Source of the DNA: Pelagomonas calceolata
Lineage: Eukaryota
Direction of reading: 5' to 3'
DNA: 64,000 bases
Assembly: GCA_918797485.1 (NCBI GenBank)
Contig: CAKKNE010000001.1
Span: 2,170,001-2,234,000 of the forward strand
In this document: one piece after another, positions 1-9,908 of the stretch
How positions within the stretch are numbered: the stretch's first letter is position 1
Layout: every line of letters starts with the position of its first letter
Translations under genes and position numbers: made by a program
The notes under the pieces: generated by a model
Told to the model about the DNA's origin: nothing
Databases searched by the model: none
Seen by the model: the letters and a program-made list of their open reading frames with translations, nothing else

Positions 1-603
1 GGTCTAAATGCGGTAAAGAAGCTGGACCCCTTCGCGCGCGGGTGCCTGGACTGCTACTGTTTATTGTATTTCACGGTACTGAGTCCGCACGGCGTCACGG
101 TGGCCTGGTTACGAGGAGTGCGGCGCACGGACGCGGCCGTGATTGGCTTATTTCAGACGCTCGCCCAGGGCGCTGGTTTATTGGCGACGTTTTTCACACC
201 ATTCGTCGTGGAGCGGACGGGCGCGCGAAAAGCCGCGCGCGTCTCGAACGCGGCGCAAGTTTTGTGTGCGGCTTTATCTGTCTTCGCTCTGTACCATGGC
301 CACGAGAAGGTATTTTTAGCTGGTTTATGTGCGTCGCGGTTTGGCTTGTGGGCCTTCGATCTGCTGGAACGGGAGATTCTGCAGACGGCCGCGCGGAGCG
401 ACGACCAGTGCATGGCGCTCTTCGCGGAGCAGTCGCGGCGCACGTCGGCGGCGTCGTTACTTATATTCGGGGCGTCGGCCTACCTCTCGGACGCCGAAAA
501 ATTCCCCTACCTCCTCGGCGCGTCGCTCGCGACGCTCGTCGTGTCGATGCTCGTGCTCGACCGCGGCGCGCGGCGCGCGGACGCGCTCGCGAAGCGGGAC
601 TAA
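1..603 (+). CDS. Ferroportin (SLC40/FPN1-family) iron exporter, 3' part; 5' end lies outside the window
   Basis: Multi-TM ORF with YFTVLS and SRFGLWAFDL motifs typical of the ferroportin C-lobe. Confidence 0.75.
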   Translation, partial: GLNAVKKLDPFARGCLDCYCLLYFTVLSPHGVTVAWLRGVRRTDAAVIGLFQTLAQGAGLLATFFTPFVVERTGARKAARVSNAAQVLCAALSVFALYHGHEKVFLAGLCASRFGLWAFDLLEREILQTAARSDDQCMALFAEQSRRTSAASLLIFGASAYLSDAEKFPYLLGASLATLVVSMLVLDRGARRADALAKRD

Positions 604-627
604 GGTATTCGGTCGTAGTAACGGTAC

Positions 628-1329
628 TTAGTAGTCCCCCACGTGGAACGCGTACTCGACGACGCGGCGGACCATCTCCGGCGGGAGACGCGGGAACTTG
701 GGGACGAACGTAGCGGTGATGGCGTTGAGGTGGTTGCGCTCGTATCGCTTGAAGCCGCCGGCGGCCCGGATTTTCTGTACGTACGCAATGTCCGTCCCCG
801 TGGGGAGAGCTGCGCCGGCGCGGAAAAAAATCGGGTACAGTTTATGATACATACCCACATTTCTGGTAAAGATAGCAGCTTCAAGCGGCGTCCTACCATA
901 TTGATTAGTCAGGTTCACATCTCCGCCCGCTCTGATGAGCTCCTGGACCATGGCTTTTACTCTCAAATTATCATAATCTGACATAAATACATAATGTAAC
1001 GCTGATTGACGGCCATTGGTGGTGTAATTCGGGTCAGCGCCCGCGTCTAAGAGCAGTGGTACGAACTCTGGGTGGCTGAGGATTGCCCAGTGCAAAGGCG
1101 TCACATTGGCACTGTTTCCCACGTTTACATTGGCTCCGCTAGCTATGAGCAACTCGATGCAAGCGACTCGGTCTCCTCCTTCTACGCCTCCGCACAAATA
1201 GTGGAGAGGTGTGAAGCCGTACGGCGGATCCGCCGCGTTTGGCGAGACGCCATCCTCGAGCGCTCGTCGCAAAGCGTCGACGTCCCCGGAGGTTGCGGCC
1301 CTGTGTATCGGTAGTGATGGTACTTCCAT
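628..1329 (-). CDS. Ankyrin-repeat protein
   Basis: Repeated TPLH/GADPN/GANVN ankyrin motifs; C-terminus LPPEMVRRVVEYAFHVGDY. Confidence 0.9.
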   Translation of the reverse strand: MEVPSLPIHRAATSGDVDALRRALEDGVSPNAADPPYGFTPLHYLCGGVEGGDRVACIELLIASGANVNVGNSANVTPLHWAILSHPEFVPLLLDAGADPNYTTNGRQSALHYVFMSDYDNLRVKAMVQELIRAGGDVNLTNQYGRTPLEAAIFTRNVGMYHKLYPIFFRAGAALPTGTDIAYVQKIRAAGGFKRYERNHLNAITATFVPKFPRLPPEMVRRVVEYAFHVGDY

Positions 1330-1538
1330 CTATTTGTCGACGGCTAAGCAAAGGTGCCCGCTCAGTTGCTTTTTTAATTGCTTAAATTGCCACTCAGTGG
1401 CACTTACTCGCCTGGGCACGTGACAAGGCTCTATCTGATGAACCGTTGGTGGCGCCGGGCGGTCCTTTTGCGCCGCGCGCGCGTCGCGCCTGCAAACCCG
1501 TTTTGATACATGAGGACATACCAGGTAAGGTACATGGG

Positions 1539-1564
1539 ATATATATATGGGCCCATATATATAT
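1539..1564. repeat. Perfect 26-bp palindrome (AT)5-GGGCCC-(AT)5 in an AT-rich island
   Basis: atatatatatgggcccatatatatat read directly from the sequence. Confidence 0.85.
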
Positions 1565-1761
1565 TCTATGTGCTTTCTATAAATATATCGCGGAGCAAGG
1601 GGAACGAAAGCCGCCCGGAGGCTGCTATATATAATAATATATAAATATATACACTCCCCATGGCGGTCCATTCCGCGCCCGTGCCACTGACGGTCCCCCC
1701 GTATTCGAGCGTAATTAGCCTGGAGGACCCGTTGGCCCTGAGGTCATACACAACACAGAAC

Positions 1762-4700
1762 TTAAAAGTACCCCCCACCCGCCGCCCGCCGTCGAATCGA
1801 ACCCTTCCGCCTCCGCGCCTCGACGGCCGCCCGGAAGCCGTCCATGCTCATGGCCCCCGCCGCGTCGTCGATCAAGTCCCGGCCCATCCGGCGACCGGCC
1901 GTCGACACGCGAGCCCCTACGCGTACGCGGCAGCGCGACCGCAGGTGCCTTAATTCCAACTCGTTCAACGCTCCCAAGTTCTCGTTCGCCCGCCTCAGCT
2001 TATTGGCGAAATGGTCTTGGGGCACGCGCGCCTCCAGTTTCAGCGCAGGGAGCTCCGACGACGCGTTGTCTACTATATGCTTCGCCGCGGCCCGCGACCG
2101 CTCGTCTCTCTCCATGGTAAGCTTCTGGCGCTCGCGCCTTCGAGCCGCCGCGACCCGCGCATGATTCGGTAAAGGGACGTTCACCTGGACCTTTTTAGGT
2201 GCTCGGCGCGGCAACGGGTGGAGCCGTCGCGACATTGAGGATTTTGGCGGCGGTGGGAGCTCAATCTTCGGAGCGTGCGCCATGAGTAACCGAATCCCAT
2301 CGGCCGTCGACCCGCGGCTCATCAGCGACGACCGCCCGCTGGCCCCTGTCCCTGGTCGAGACCGCGCGCTGCCTCCCGTCCCTGGTCGAAAGAAGGAGTC
2401 CTCTCCACGAAAATCCGAGGGCGGCGGCGGCTTCTGGAACGGCAGCCAGGCCCGGTCGTCCGACAATACGGGACTGAACTTCTCCGCTTTGACAGGAGCG
2501 GGCGCATTCAGAGCCTTCCGCGCCGCCGCGAGTAAAGCTTGCTGCCGTTCCATCGCACCCAACTCTTTTTTTCCGGTCGTCCAGCTGAACCCTTCCAGGG
2601 CTTCCGCGTGCTGGCCCTTATCCGCTTCCTTGCCATACAGCGTTTCCAAGGCAGGTGCTGCCCTTTCCAAGCCCTCGCGACCGGACGCCGCAACCCTGAT
2701 GAAGACCTCGAGGCACCCTTGCGGGAGGATATGCCTAGTATCCCAGCAGCACGCCACGGTCTGGATCAGACAGTCCTCTCCAAGAGAACCGCGCTTCGAC
2801 GCGAGCCAGGCGCCCACTTCGACGCCCCGGAAGATTTCGCCTTTCCAAACATCTCTTGGATGACATCTTTTGAAGGCCTCCAGCGCCGCGTCCGTCGCTT
2901 CTGCAGATTGATTGAAGTTGAGCTGGGCCCGTTCCAAAAAGTCACCTATTGTACCAGCAGCGCCCCGGAGGTCCTTCGCGAGTAATCGTCGAGCGGCAGA
3001 ATGACAAGCTCGCCGCGCCCGGTACCTCCTCAAGGCATTCCTATTTTCAGTATCCGGCGGCCCCCGGTCCGCGAACATGTTCCTTCTATCCCGTGTCGCT
3101 AACAATGCGTTCAGGCACCTCAACCCAGAAGCTTGGGCCTCATCCCCAATAGCTTTCGTATCTGACACGCCACCTGAGAAATGCAGCGCGTTCTGCCGGG
3201 CCTTCGCCGCGTAATTCACGACGAAGCGCGCGCACCGGCCCGCACTCACGACGACGGCCGTCTCCCTCACACGAAGTCGCGTCTCCGGATCGCCATCTTC
3301 GTCCACGTCGTCCGCCGTGTCCAGCGCCTCGCCGTCGATGGCACCATCAGAAAATAATGACGTGAGACCGTCTATCACAGCTTTGGCGACGCCGGGCACG
3401 TTCTCGTACTTCGACGCGATGCGGACGGCGTCCACTGAACCATTAGCGGCTATAAGGATGCGGCATGCGTACGAAGCGCTAGCTACGGCGCCGACGGCCT
3501 CGAGAGCTTTGATGGCCGTCGTCGCCTTCTTCGCGGCGCCATCGTCGTCGCGGAGGACGTCCAGCAATAAACTTGAGACGCCGGCCTCGGCGAGGCTCGG
3601 TCCCGCTTCTGGGGCCGCGTCCCTTAGCAAGACGAGAGCTTCTGCGAGCTTTTTGTCGTCGTCCGCGATTCTTAACAAACCGCAGGCCTTGTAATAAGGC
3701 TCCTCCGCGTCCGCATCTAAAGCATCTGCTCGTCTTTCGAGGAGGTCGCGCGTCTGCCCGGAAACCCTCTGCGCCGCAACCAGTAACACCCGAATGGCCA
3801 ACCCAACAAGTTCACTTTGAGACTGGGCCACGGCCTCGCACGCGATCGCTATCCTTAGAGCCGTCGGGGGCTTCAGTTGGTCGGCGCCGGGCGGCACAAG
3901 CGCCGCGACGACCCTTAATGAAGACCGCGCCTCATCATGTAGAGCTAAATCCCGCGGGCCGCCGTCGCCGACCAACGACGCGGCCGCCAGGTCGGCGACC
4001 GCCGAGGACCGCCCCCTTAATGCATCTATGATTCTAAGGCGCGGTTCCGACGCCACGTCGCCACTCAGCAGCGCCTCGAGCGCGAACCAGACGCGGGCCA
4101 CGCCCTGGATTCTGATCCTACGAGATAACGATCTGGAAGCGCCGTCCTCGAGCATGGTCAGCAGTAAGGGCCCGGCCTGCGCCGCGTCCTCGCCGTCGCC
4201 GAAGTCGCCCAAGGTTTGCAGAACGGCATAGACCTCGCAGGCGGCCTCGCGCACGTCGCGTCGCGCCTCGTCCAACGCGCCGTGGGCCATCTTACCCTTG
4301 TTTAGTTGCGAGAACCTTCGTAAAGCAGCCGTCGCGGCCGCGGCGCCGCCATGAAACGCGGCGGCCCGCGCGCGCGCCGCCCGCCGCATCGAGCGTTCTC
4401 GTTCGACGTCGAAGGCCGCCCCCCGCTTGCCCGCGGACCGCAGCTCGGACGCCTTCGCCTTTTGGTCAGCGTCTGATGCTATCTCTTCTTTAGTATCCTC
4501 GCAGACCTCCTTCACCAGGTCTCGGAGCGCTTTGGACGCTTCGGCTGCCGCCTTTTCGGCGCCGAGCTCCACCCGGCCCTTCGTCGTCGCGAAGGCGTGC
4601 AGTTTCGAGCGCGCCTCAACAGCTAACGCGAGGAACGGGCGCTTCATTGCTTGTCGCGCATATTGATCTGTCACAACATTCGCATCTCGTCGACAGACGT

Positions 4701-5400
4701 GGTAGCACTGTTCTACTTCGTCGCAGCCGCTCAGTAATGATGATTTCCAGTCCCGCGGCAGGGTCCCGTCGCAAGCTTGCGTCCTCACCGCAACCAGAAA
4801 AGGTTCGACGTCGTACGCCGCGACGGCGTCCCGCGCGTCCTGGGCGCCGTTGCCCCGTCGACTCAGATGCGCCAATAGATGCAGCGCTTCTACGGTGATT
4901 GATTCTCGCGATCGGATCTTCGCCGTTCTCCCACAGGCGAGCTCGTCGAGCGAGGCCACGACACAACGTCTCACGACATGATGTTGCGCGCAGGCGGAGC
5001 GCGCTTCTGACGCGTATCCTAGTAACGCGGCGTGCTGCCTTTCGCTCAACCGCTGCGCGGCGCCCGGTTCCGGCGGCGAACACAGGGTGGAAAGGAAGAA
5101 TAACGCCGCGCGGGCGCGTTCCCGGGCGTCGTCTCCTAATAACGTGCCGCACTGTCCTAATAACGCGGACGCCGTCGCGACGCCGTCGATCGCTCGTCCC
5201 CGGCCCACGGGGTCCTCTCTCGCAAGTTCTGCTAGGGAAAGAAAGGAGTCGGGCCGGCCTTCGTGCAGGCGCTGCAGCTTCGATGCGAGGCCGTCGCCGG
5301 CGCCCGCGAAGCAGGAGGTGGCCCGGGCGTTGCTGGCGCCGCCTCGGTTGACGGCCCGCGGGAGGTTGAGCATCGTATGCGTGCGTCGATGCGGTCTCAC
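1762..5400 (-). CDS. Large helical (ARM/HEAT-like) protein of unknown function; start codon uncertain
   Basis: 1212-aa ORF, Ala/Leu-rich amphipathic helices, low-complexity C-terminus. Confidence 0.7.
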   Translation of the reverse strand: MRPHRRTHTMLNLPRAVNRGGASNARATSCFAGAGDGLASKLQRLHEGRPDSFLSLAELAREDPVGRGRAIDGVATASALLGQCGTLLGDDARERARAALFFLSTLCSPPEPGAAQRLSERQHAALLGYASEARSACAQHHVVRRCVVASLDELACGRTAKIRSRESITVEALHLLAHLSRRGNGAQDARDAVAAYDVEPFLVAVRTQACDGTLPRDWKSSLLSGCDEVEQCYHVCRRDANVVTDQYARQAMKRPFLALAVEARSKLHAFATTKGRVELGAEKAAAEASKALRDLVKEVCEDTKEEIASDADQKAKASELRSAGKRGAAFDVERERSMRRAARARAAAFHGGAAAATAALRRFSQLNKGKMAHGALDEARRDVREAACEVYAVLQTLGDFGDGEDAAQAGPLLLTMLEDGASRSLSRRIRIQGVARVWFALEALLSGDVASEPRLRIIDALRGRSSAVADLAAASLVGDGGPRDLALHDEARSSLRVVAALVPPGADQLKPPTALRIAIACEAVAQSQSELVGLAIRVLLVAAQRVSGQTRDLLERRADALDADAEEPYYKACGLLRIADDDKKLAEALVLLRDAAPEAGPSLAEAGVSSLLLDVLRDDDGAAKKATTAIKALEAVGAVASASYACRILIAANGSVDAVRIASKYENVPGVAKAVIDGLTSLFSDGAIDGEALDTADDVDEDGDPETRLRVRETAVVVSAGRCARFVVNYAAKARQNALHFSGGVSDTKAIGDEAQASGLRCLNALLATRDRRNMFADRGPPDTENRNALRRYRARRACHSAARRLLAKDLRGAAGTIGDFLERAQLNFNQSAEATDAALEAFKRCHPRDVWKGEIFRGVEVGAWLASKRGSLGEDCLIQTVACCWDTRHILPQGCLEVFIRVAASGREGLERAAPALETLYGKEADKGQHAEALEGFSWTTGKKELGAMERQQALLAAARKALNAPAPVKAEKFSPVLSDDRAWLPFQKPPPPSDFRGEDSFFRPGTGGSARSRPGTGASGRSSLMSRGSTADGIRLLMAHAPKIELPPPPKSSMSRRLHPLPRRAPKKVQVNVPLPNHARVAAARRRERQKLTMERDERSRAAAKHIVDNASSELPALKLEARVPQDHFANKLRRANENLGALNELELRHLRSRCRVRVGARVSTAGRRMGRDLIDDAAGAMSMDGFRAAVEARRRKGSIRRRAAGGGYF

Positions 5401-5691
5401 GTTCGGAAGCGATGCGTTGCTATCGTCATCATGGCGTCGTCGTCGAATGGGGCAGCCATCCGCAACAACGACGGCTCGGCTGTATCCTAGTGTGTCTCTT
5501 CACGCTTCGCCCGCGGCCACGATACCCTTAAAGCTGCACTCTGTTCGCAACGCACAAGAGCTGTCGCGACGCACGCGGCCAGCCCACGCCGCCGCTGCAT
5601 TCATTTGCTGAGTTGCTCTCCAGTGCTCTCCCCACGGCAAACGCATCGCCCGTCCCGCATTCGTCGCATAGCGGCACCGCAACACCCTGCA

Positions 5692-6495
5692 ATGGCCGAG
5701 TTCGGCGTCCAGAAGCCCTGGGAGCAACCCCCAAAGACGAACGCCTCCAAGAGCCGCAGCCGCACAAAGCGCCAACGGAAGCAAAAAGCCCTCAGGATCG
5801 AGGCCGGCACGAACCTGCCGCTGGTCTGGGCCCTGCCGGACGGCGTCGCGCCGCCGGAACTCTCAGAGGACGTCGCGGCTGTAATTAGAGCGCGCCTCGG
5901 CTTCGTGCCGACGAATCTGCTGCGAGTGCACACGATAGAACAAAGGCCGGCCGTGCTGGAGTTGTATCCGTTGAAGCGGCAGCCCGTCGAGGAGCGGGCG
6001 CCGCGCCGGCGAGGTGCCAGTGGCCCGGTGCAGCCCTGGCCGACGACGTACTGGTTCGTCGACGAATTGCTGTCGGCGCGCATCGCGGCGCTCGAGGCGC
6101 GGGGCTGGGTCGGGCGGCTGGAGCGACGGTTGAATGGAGATGAAAACGCGTTGCGAGCGGCGGAGGCGGCTCATATCAATGCGGGTCTGGAGCGGTGGGC
6201 GGCCCTCACGGAGACTGATAGGCAATTAGCCGAAGAAAGAGGATGGCAGAAGGCTTTGCGCGACGTGGGCATCGCAGGAATTAAATCGGCGCGGAAGGTG
6301 AAGTGTTTACATGCGCAATATGCGCATTTCATCGGCGCGGCCGTCGTCTCGCCCGTCGGCCGGTGGATCGCCGAGCTGCTTGATGACGGCATGGATTCGA
6401 AAGAGGCGCTGGTTGAAGAGTGCGTCGTTGCGGTCATCGATGACGCGCCGAAGCTGGGCGGGCGCGACCGCGCGCACAAGCGTGGAACCGGATAA
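5692..6495 (+). CDS. DUF501-domain protein
   Basis: PWPTTYWF...IAALEARG...GIAGI...KVKCLHAQYAH motifs. Confidence 0.8.
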   Translation: MAEFGVQKPWEQPPKTNASKSRSRTKRQRKQKALRIEAGTNLPLVWALPDGVAPPELSEDVAAVIRARLGFVPTNLLRVHTIEQRPAVLELYPLKRQPVEERAPRRRGASGPVQPWPTTYWFVDELLSARIAALEARGWVGRLERRLNGDENALRAAEAAHINAGLERWAALTETDRQLAEERGWQKALRDVGIAGIKSARKVKCLHAQYAHFIGAAVVSPVGRWIAELLDDGMDSKEALVEECVVAVIDDAPKLGGRDRAHKRGTG

Positions 6496-6507
6496 GATTG
6501 TGTGAAT

Positions 6508-7719
6508 TTACCGGCTCCTCCGCTTCTTCTTCGCCGGCGCCGGCGCAGAAACAAGGCTCGCGAGGTCGACGAACTCGACGGCCGCCGGTGGCTTCGGCGC
6601 GGCTTCCATAACACTCGCGTCGATCTCGGAGGGAGCGTCGCGGAGGAAGAAGCGGCCCGCGTGGAGGACGTCCGGCGACGCGAGGTCGCCGAAGGTCGCT
6701 TCACGACCCTTGACGCGGCGCCACGCGCGCGCGACGGCGTGGGGCGCGGTCGCCTCGGGCGTAGTAGAGGCCTCCTCAAAAGAAACAGAAGGCAGCCAGG
6801 CCGGCGCCCCCAAAGGCCGGTTCGGCGACGGGCGCGCGGGGTCGCCGACGGTCACGTCTGGCCCCCACCAGCCGACCATGACCGTGATGCGCCTTCTAGA
6901 GGCGTCCGCGGGCGCGGGAAGCGGCGGCACCACACAGTGCAACAAACTCCCATCGAACGTCAGGAGCCGGTTCGGTCGCGGCGCGACGAGCCAGCCTGCC
7001 GCGTTCTCTTCATGATCGCCGAGGCGCCGCGCCATTATCATTGTAGGCGCGCCCTCGTTGTCGACGGTCTCAAGATAAAAAACCGACGATTTTATGGGTG
7101 AACGCGTCTCGCCTGAAGAACGTAGTGCGGCCTCGTCGAGGTCGTAGTGCAGCTGGTGCGCGCCGTCGGCCTCGCGCGCGTGCGCCCAGATCTCGCCCGA
7201 CGTCGCGCCCGCGACATTAGCGGCCGGCCGCAGCGCCCTTAGAAACCCGCCGAGGGGACCCTCATCATCAAGCGGCACGTTGTAGCTGTAGAAGCCGTCC
7301 GAGCCTTCATGGGTCGGCCAATACGGTGCGTCGCGGCCGAAGATCGCCGCGAGGCTCCTCAAATTCGCCTCACTGAGCGCTTGGTCGACGACGCGGGGCG
7401 CGTTCGGGGCGCGCCGCGGCGGCCGACTTAATGTAACGTCGTAGCGCAGGGCCTCGTCGGCGAGGCGCAGCCGGAAGCCGAGGCGCCATACTAATTCGTC
7501 GCCCTCCTTGGCCGTCGTCGCGTCCTGGAGCAGCAGCGTCGCGAGCTGGTACGCGGCCACGGCGCGCACGGCGCGCGTGCGCTCCGTCGGCTTGCGTTCG
7601 AGGTCCGCCGTCGCGCCGTCGACCGCGGCCCGCAGGAGTGCCGTCGCCTTTGTGCGGTCGCCGGCGCGCGTCTGCTCCTCGGCGCGCTCGAGGAGGTCTT
7701 CCAGCATCGTGCTCGACAT
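6508..7719 (-). CDS. 2OG-Fe(II) oxygenase (prolyl-hydroxylase-like)
   Basis: EIWAH, LHYDLDE (HxD), SVFYL, PNRLLTFDGSLLHCV, RITVM motifs. Confidence 0.75.
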   Translation of the reverse strand: MSSTMLEDLLERAEEQTRAGDRTKATALLRAAVDGATADLERKPTERTRAVRAVAAYQLATLLLQDATTAKEGDELVWRLGFRLRLADEALRYDVTLSRPPRRAPNAPRVVDQALSEANLRSLAAIFGRDAPYWPTHEGSDGFYSYNVPLDDEGPLGGFLRALRPAANVAGATSGEIWAHAREADGAHQLHYDLDEAALRSSGETRSPIKSSVFYLETVDNEGAPTMIMARRLGDHEENAAGWLVAPRPNRLLTFDGSLLHCVVPPLPAPADASRRRITVMVGWWGPDVTVGDPARPSPNRPLGAPAWLPSVSFEEASTTPEATAPHAVARAWRRVKGREATFGDLASPDVLHAGRFFLRDAPSEIDASVMEAAPKPPAAVEFVDLASLVSAPAPAKKKRRSR

Positions 7720-7856
7720 GACCGATGCAAAACCGAGGCCGGCTGCAGCTGTCAGTCGACCGTTGCAAGTGATATGATAGATAACTACTGTGCCTTAATT
7801 ATCAGGTCGCTTTGGTGGCGAGAACGCAGCGCTTGAAGCGCGTCTCGTTTTGCCGG

Positions 7857-7880
7857 GCTAGCGGATGTAAAGACACTAGC
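7857..7880 (+). promoter_or_regulatory. Bipartite motif GCTAGCG-N3-GTAAAGACACTAGC in a divergent intergenic region
   Basis: Recurs at about 7 intergenic sites in this window. Confidence 0.55.
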
Positions 7881-8080
7881 AAGCAAGCCAGGCTGCGGCG
7901 TAGGCCTGTAGCTCTGTCGCTGAGGCGTTTGAGTGACTGTTTTGCAGCTCTGCTGCAAGCACGCTATAGCCTGAACGGCTGCCGCGCGCCGCGCCGCCTG
8001 GTGGACCACCCCCTGAGATCCCTGCTGGGGGCTGCACGCCGCCGCGTTGTTACGCCGCCGCGAGGACGCGATAAAACAAG

Positions 8081-8719
8081 ATGAAGGCCTTCGCCGGCCT
8101 CTCTTCTGATGACGATGATTCGGATGAGGACATGGCGCCCGCGTTGCCGATCCCGGGCCGCGCCTCGCCTTTGGTGGATGAAGACGTAGACGACGACGAA
8201 GCGCGAGCCGAGTTGCGATTCCGGGCCGAGCTCGAGTTCCTGCAGTGCTTAGCAAGTCCGTTATACTGCCAATTCTTAGCCCAGCACGACTATCTTGAAG
8301 ACCCGAAATTCTTGAAATTCCTCGACTACCTCCAGTACTTCCGCAGACCGGAGTACGTCGGGTTTGTGGAGTACCCCCACTGCTTCGCGTTTCTGGATTT
8401 GTTACGGGAGTCGGAGAAGTTCCGGACCGACATAAGACGGGACGAGTGCCGCGACTGGTGCCACCAGCAGCAGTTCCAGTCCTGGCAGTTCCACCACCGG
8501 CAGGAGCACGTCACGCCGAACTTGGAGCCCCCAGTCTTGGGCGAGGGCGACTGGCGCGCGACGCCCCTCCAATTAACCGGAGACGACTTTGTGAAGTACG
8601 AGGCGTACCTCGAGAAGACGTTGGGGAAGCAGTCCGAGGCGTGGTTCTTCTCGGCCGAGACGCTCGGGGACGAGAAGGTGCGCGCGGCGCTGGAGGCGTC
8701 GCCCCTGGCGGGGTCTTAA
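8081..8719 (+). CDS. MED31: Mediator subunit 31 (SOH1)
   Basis: RFRAELEFLQCLASPLYCQFLAQ...FLKFLDYLQY...YPHC. Confidence 0.92.
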   Translation: MKAFAGLSSDDDDSDEDMAPALPIPGRASPLVDEDVDDDEARAELRFRAELEFLQCLASPLYCQFLAQHDYLEDPKFLKFLDYLQYFRRPEYVGFVEYPHCFAFLDLLRESEKFRTDIRRDECRDWCHQQQFQSWQFHHRQEHVTPNLEPPVLGEGDWRATPLQLTGDDFVKYEAYLEKTLGKQSEAWFFSAETLGDEKVRAALEASPLAGS

Positions 8720-8745
8720 GGTTGTTGTTCACATACTTACATAGC

Positions 8746-9741
8746 TCATTCCCTCGTGGCGACGCGACGCGCTGCCTCCGCGGCGGCCGCGCGCGCGACG
8801 GCTTCCTCCGCGTTCTCGGCACTGAGGTACCGCTGGTCGGCCTCCACGAGCGCGATTTTCTGCTTCACCACGACAATTTGATCTCGGATGCATACAAGAG
8901 ACCCCGCATAGGGCTCGCACATGATCGTATCTCCGTCTTCGAGACCAAGGTCGTCGCCCGTCTGCCAGCCCTCCTCGATCCGTTCCTCAGAGCCGGGCAG
9001 GTAAAACACCAATTGGGTGACATGGACTTCTTCCTCCAGATATCCTGAGGCCTTCGGCGCGTAGGCCCTAAACATCCTCATGAGTGGTGTTGTGGACCTA
9101 ATAAGCTTGAAGAAGGTTTCTTCACCATTTTCCTTCCACATCACGCGAAGATTGAGATATGTTGTGGGCTGCGGCGGCGGCGGCGGCGATAGGTACGACA
9201 GCACCCGTCGGAACAGGCCCCGTTCGCCCGTGCGGGCGAGGAATTTTAAGGCGCCGTCGTGCGTCGTCGCACGATCACGCAGCGCGAGGTGGCGGACCAA
9301 CGCGCACGTTCGTCGTTGTTCGATCACAAAGCTACGATGACCGCCCGCCGTGCGCACGGAAAGCAGAAACGCCTTGAACGCGAGGTAGTGCGCGTTGTTT
9401 ACCAGCGAAGGATCCCGTCGTTCTTTCTCGCCCAGGACCCATTCGATCGACTCAGATCGGCTCGCGCCTTGGTTCCATTGCGCGTCATAGACCGAAATTG
9501 TGGCCACAGCGTCCAGACTCGCCCCAGCGCGCAACAGCGCGATGGCGACCGCCCGATGTTGTCGTCTTCTGAACCTGGTCGCGTAGAGAATAGCATAAGC
9601 TAGAGGAGAGTACCGGTAAACTTCCTTCCCGCCGTCCTCTAGCATTTTGGTTATTTTAGATGCTCTGTGGTCGATCCCGGCGCCCCATCTTATCAGCAGG
9701 GCGATCAGGCGCGAGGAGGACCAGCCGGGTCCCTGATGTAA
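8746..9741 (-). pseudogene. 3' half of an insertion-disrupted ankyrin + SUMO/ubiquitin-like gene
   Basis: LIALLIRWGAGID, SPLAYA, LLRAGASLD ankyrin motifs; LNLRV..GEETFFKL..TTPLMRMFRAY..LGLEDGDTI SUMO-like domain; joins 14892-15176 in frame. Confidence 0.75.
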
Positions 9742-9908
9742 CATACTAGCCCTGGAGGGGGCATTCCGTTGGCCCCGAGACTGGTGCGTGAGGCGCACCA
9801 GGCTAAAAAGGGCCGCCAAAATCGGCCTTAACGCTGCCGTTGGCCGGTGCCGCTGCGCGTATTAACCGCCCGCACCGTCCCGCGGGGCTCCATAACGAAA
9901 TCCCGGCA

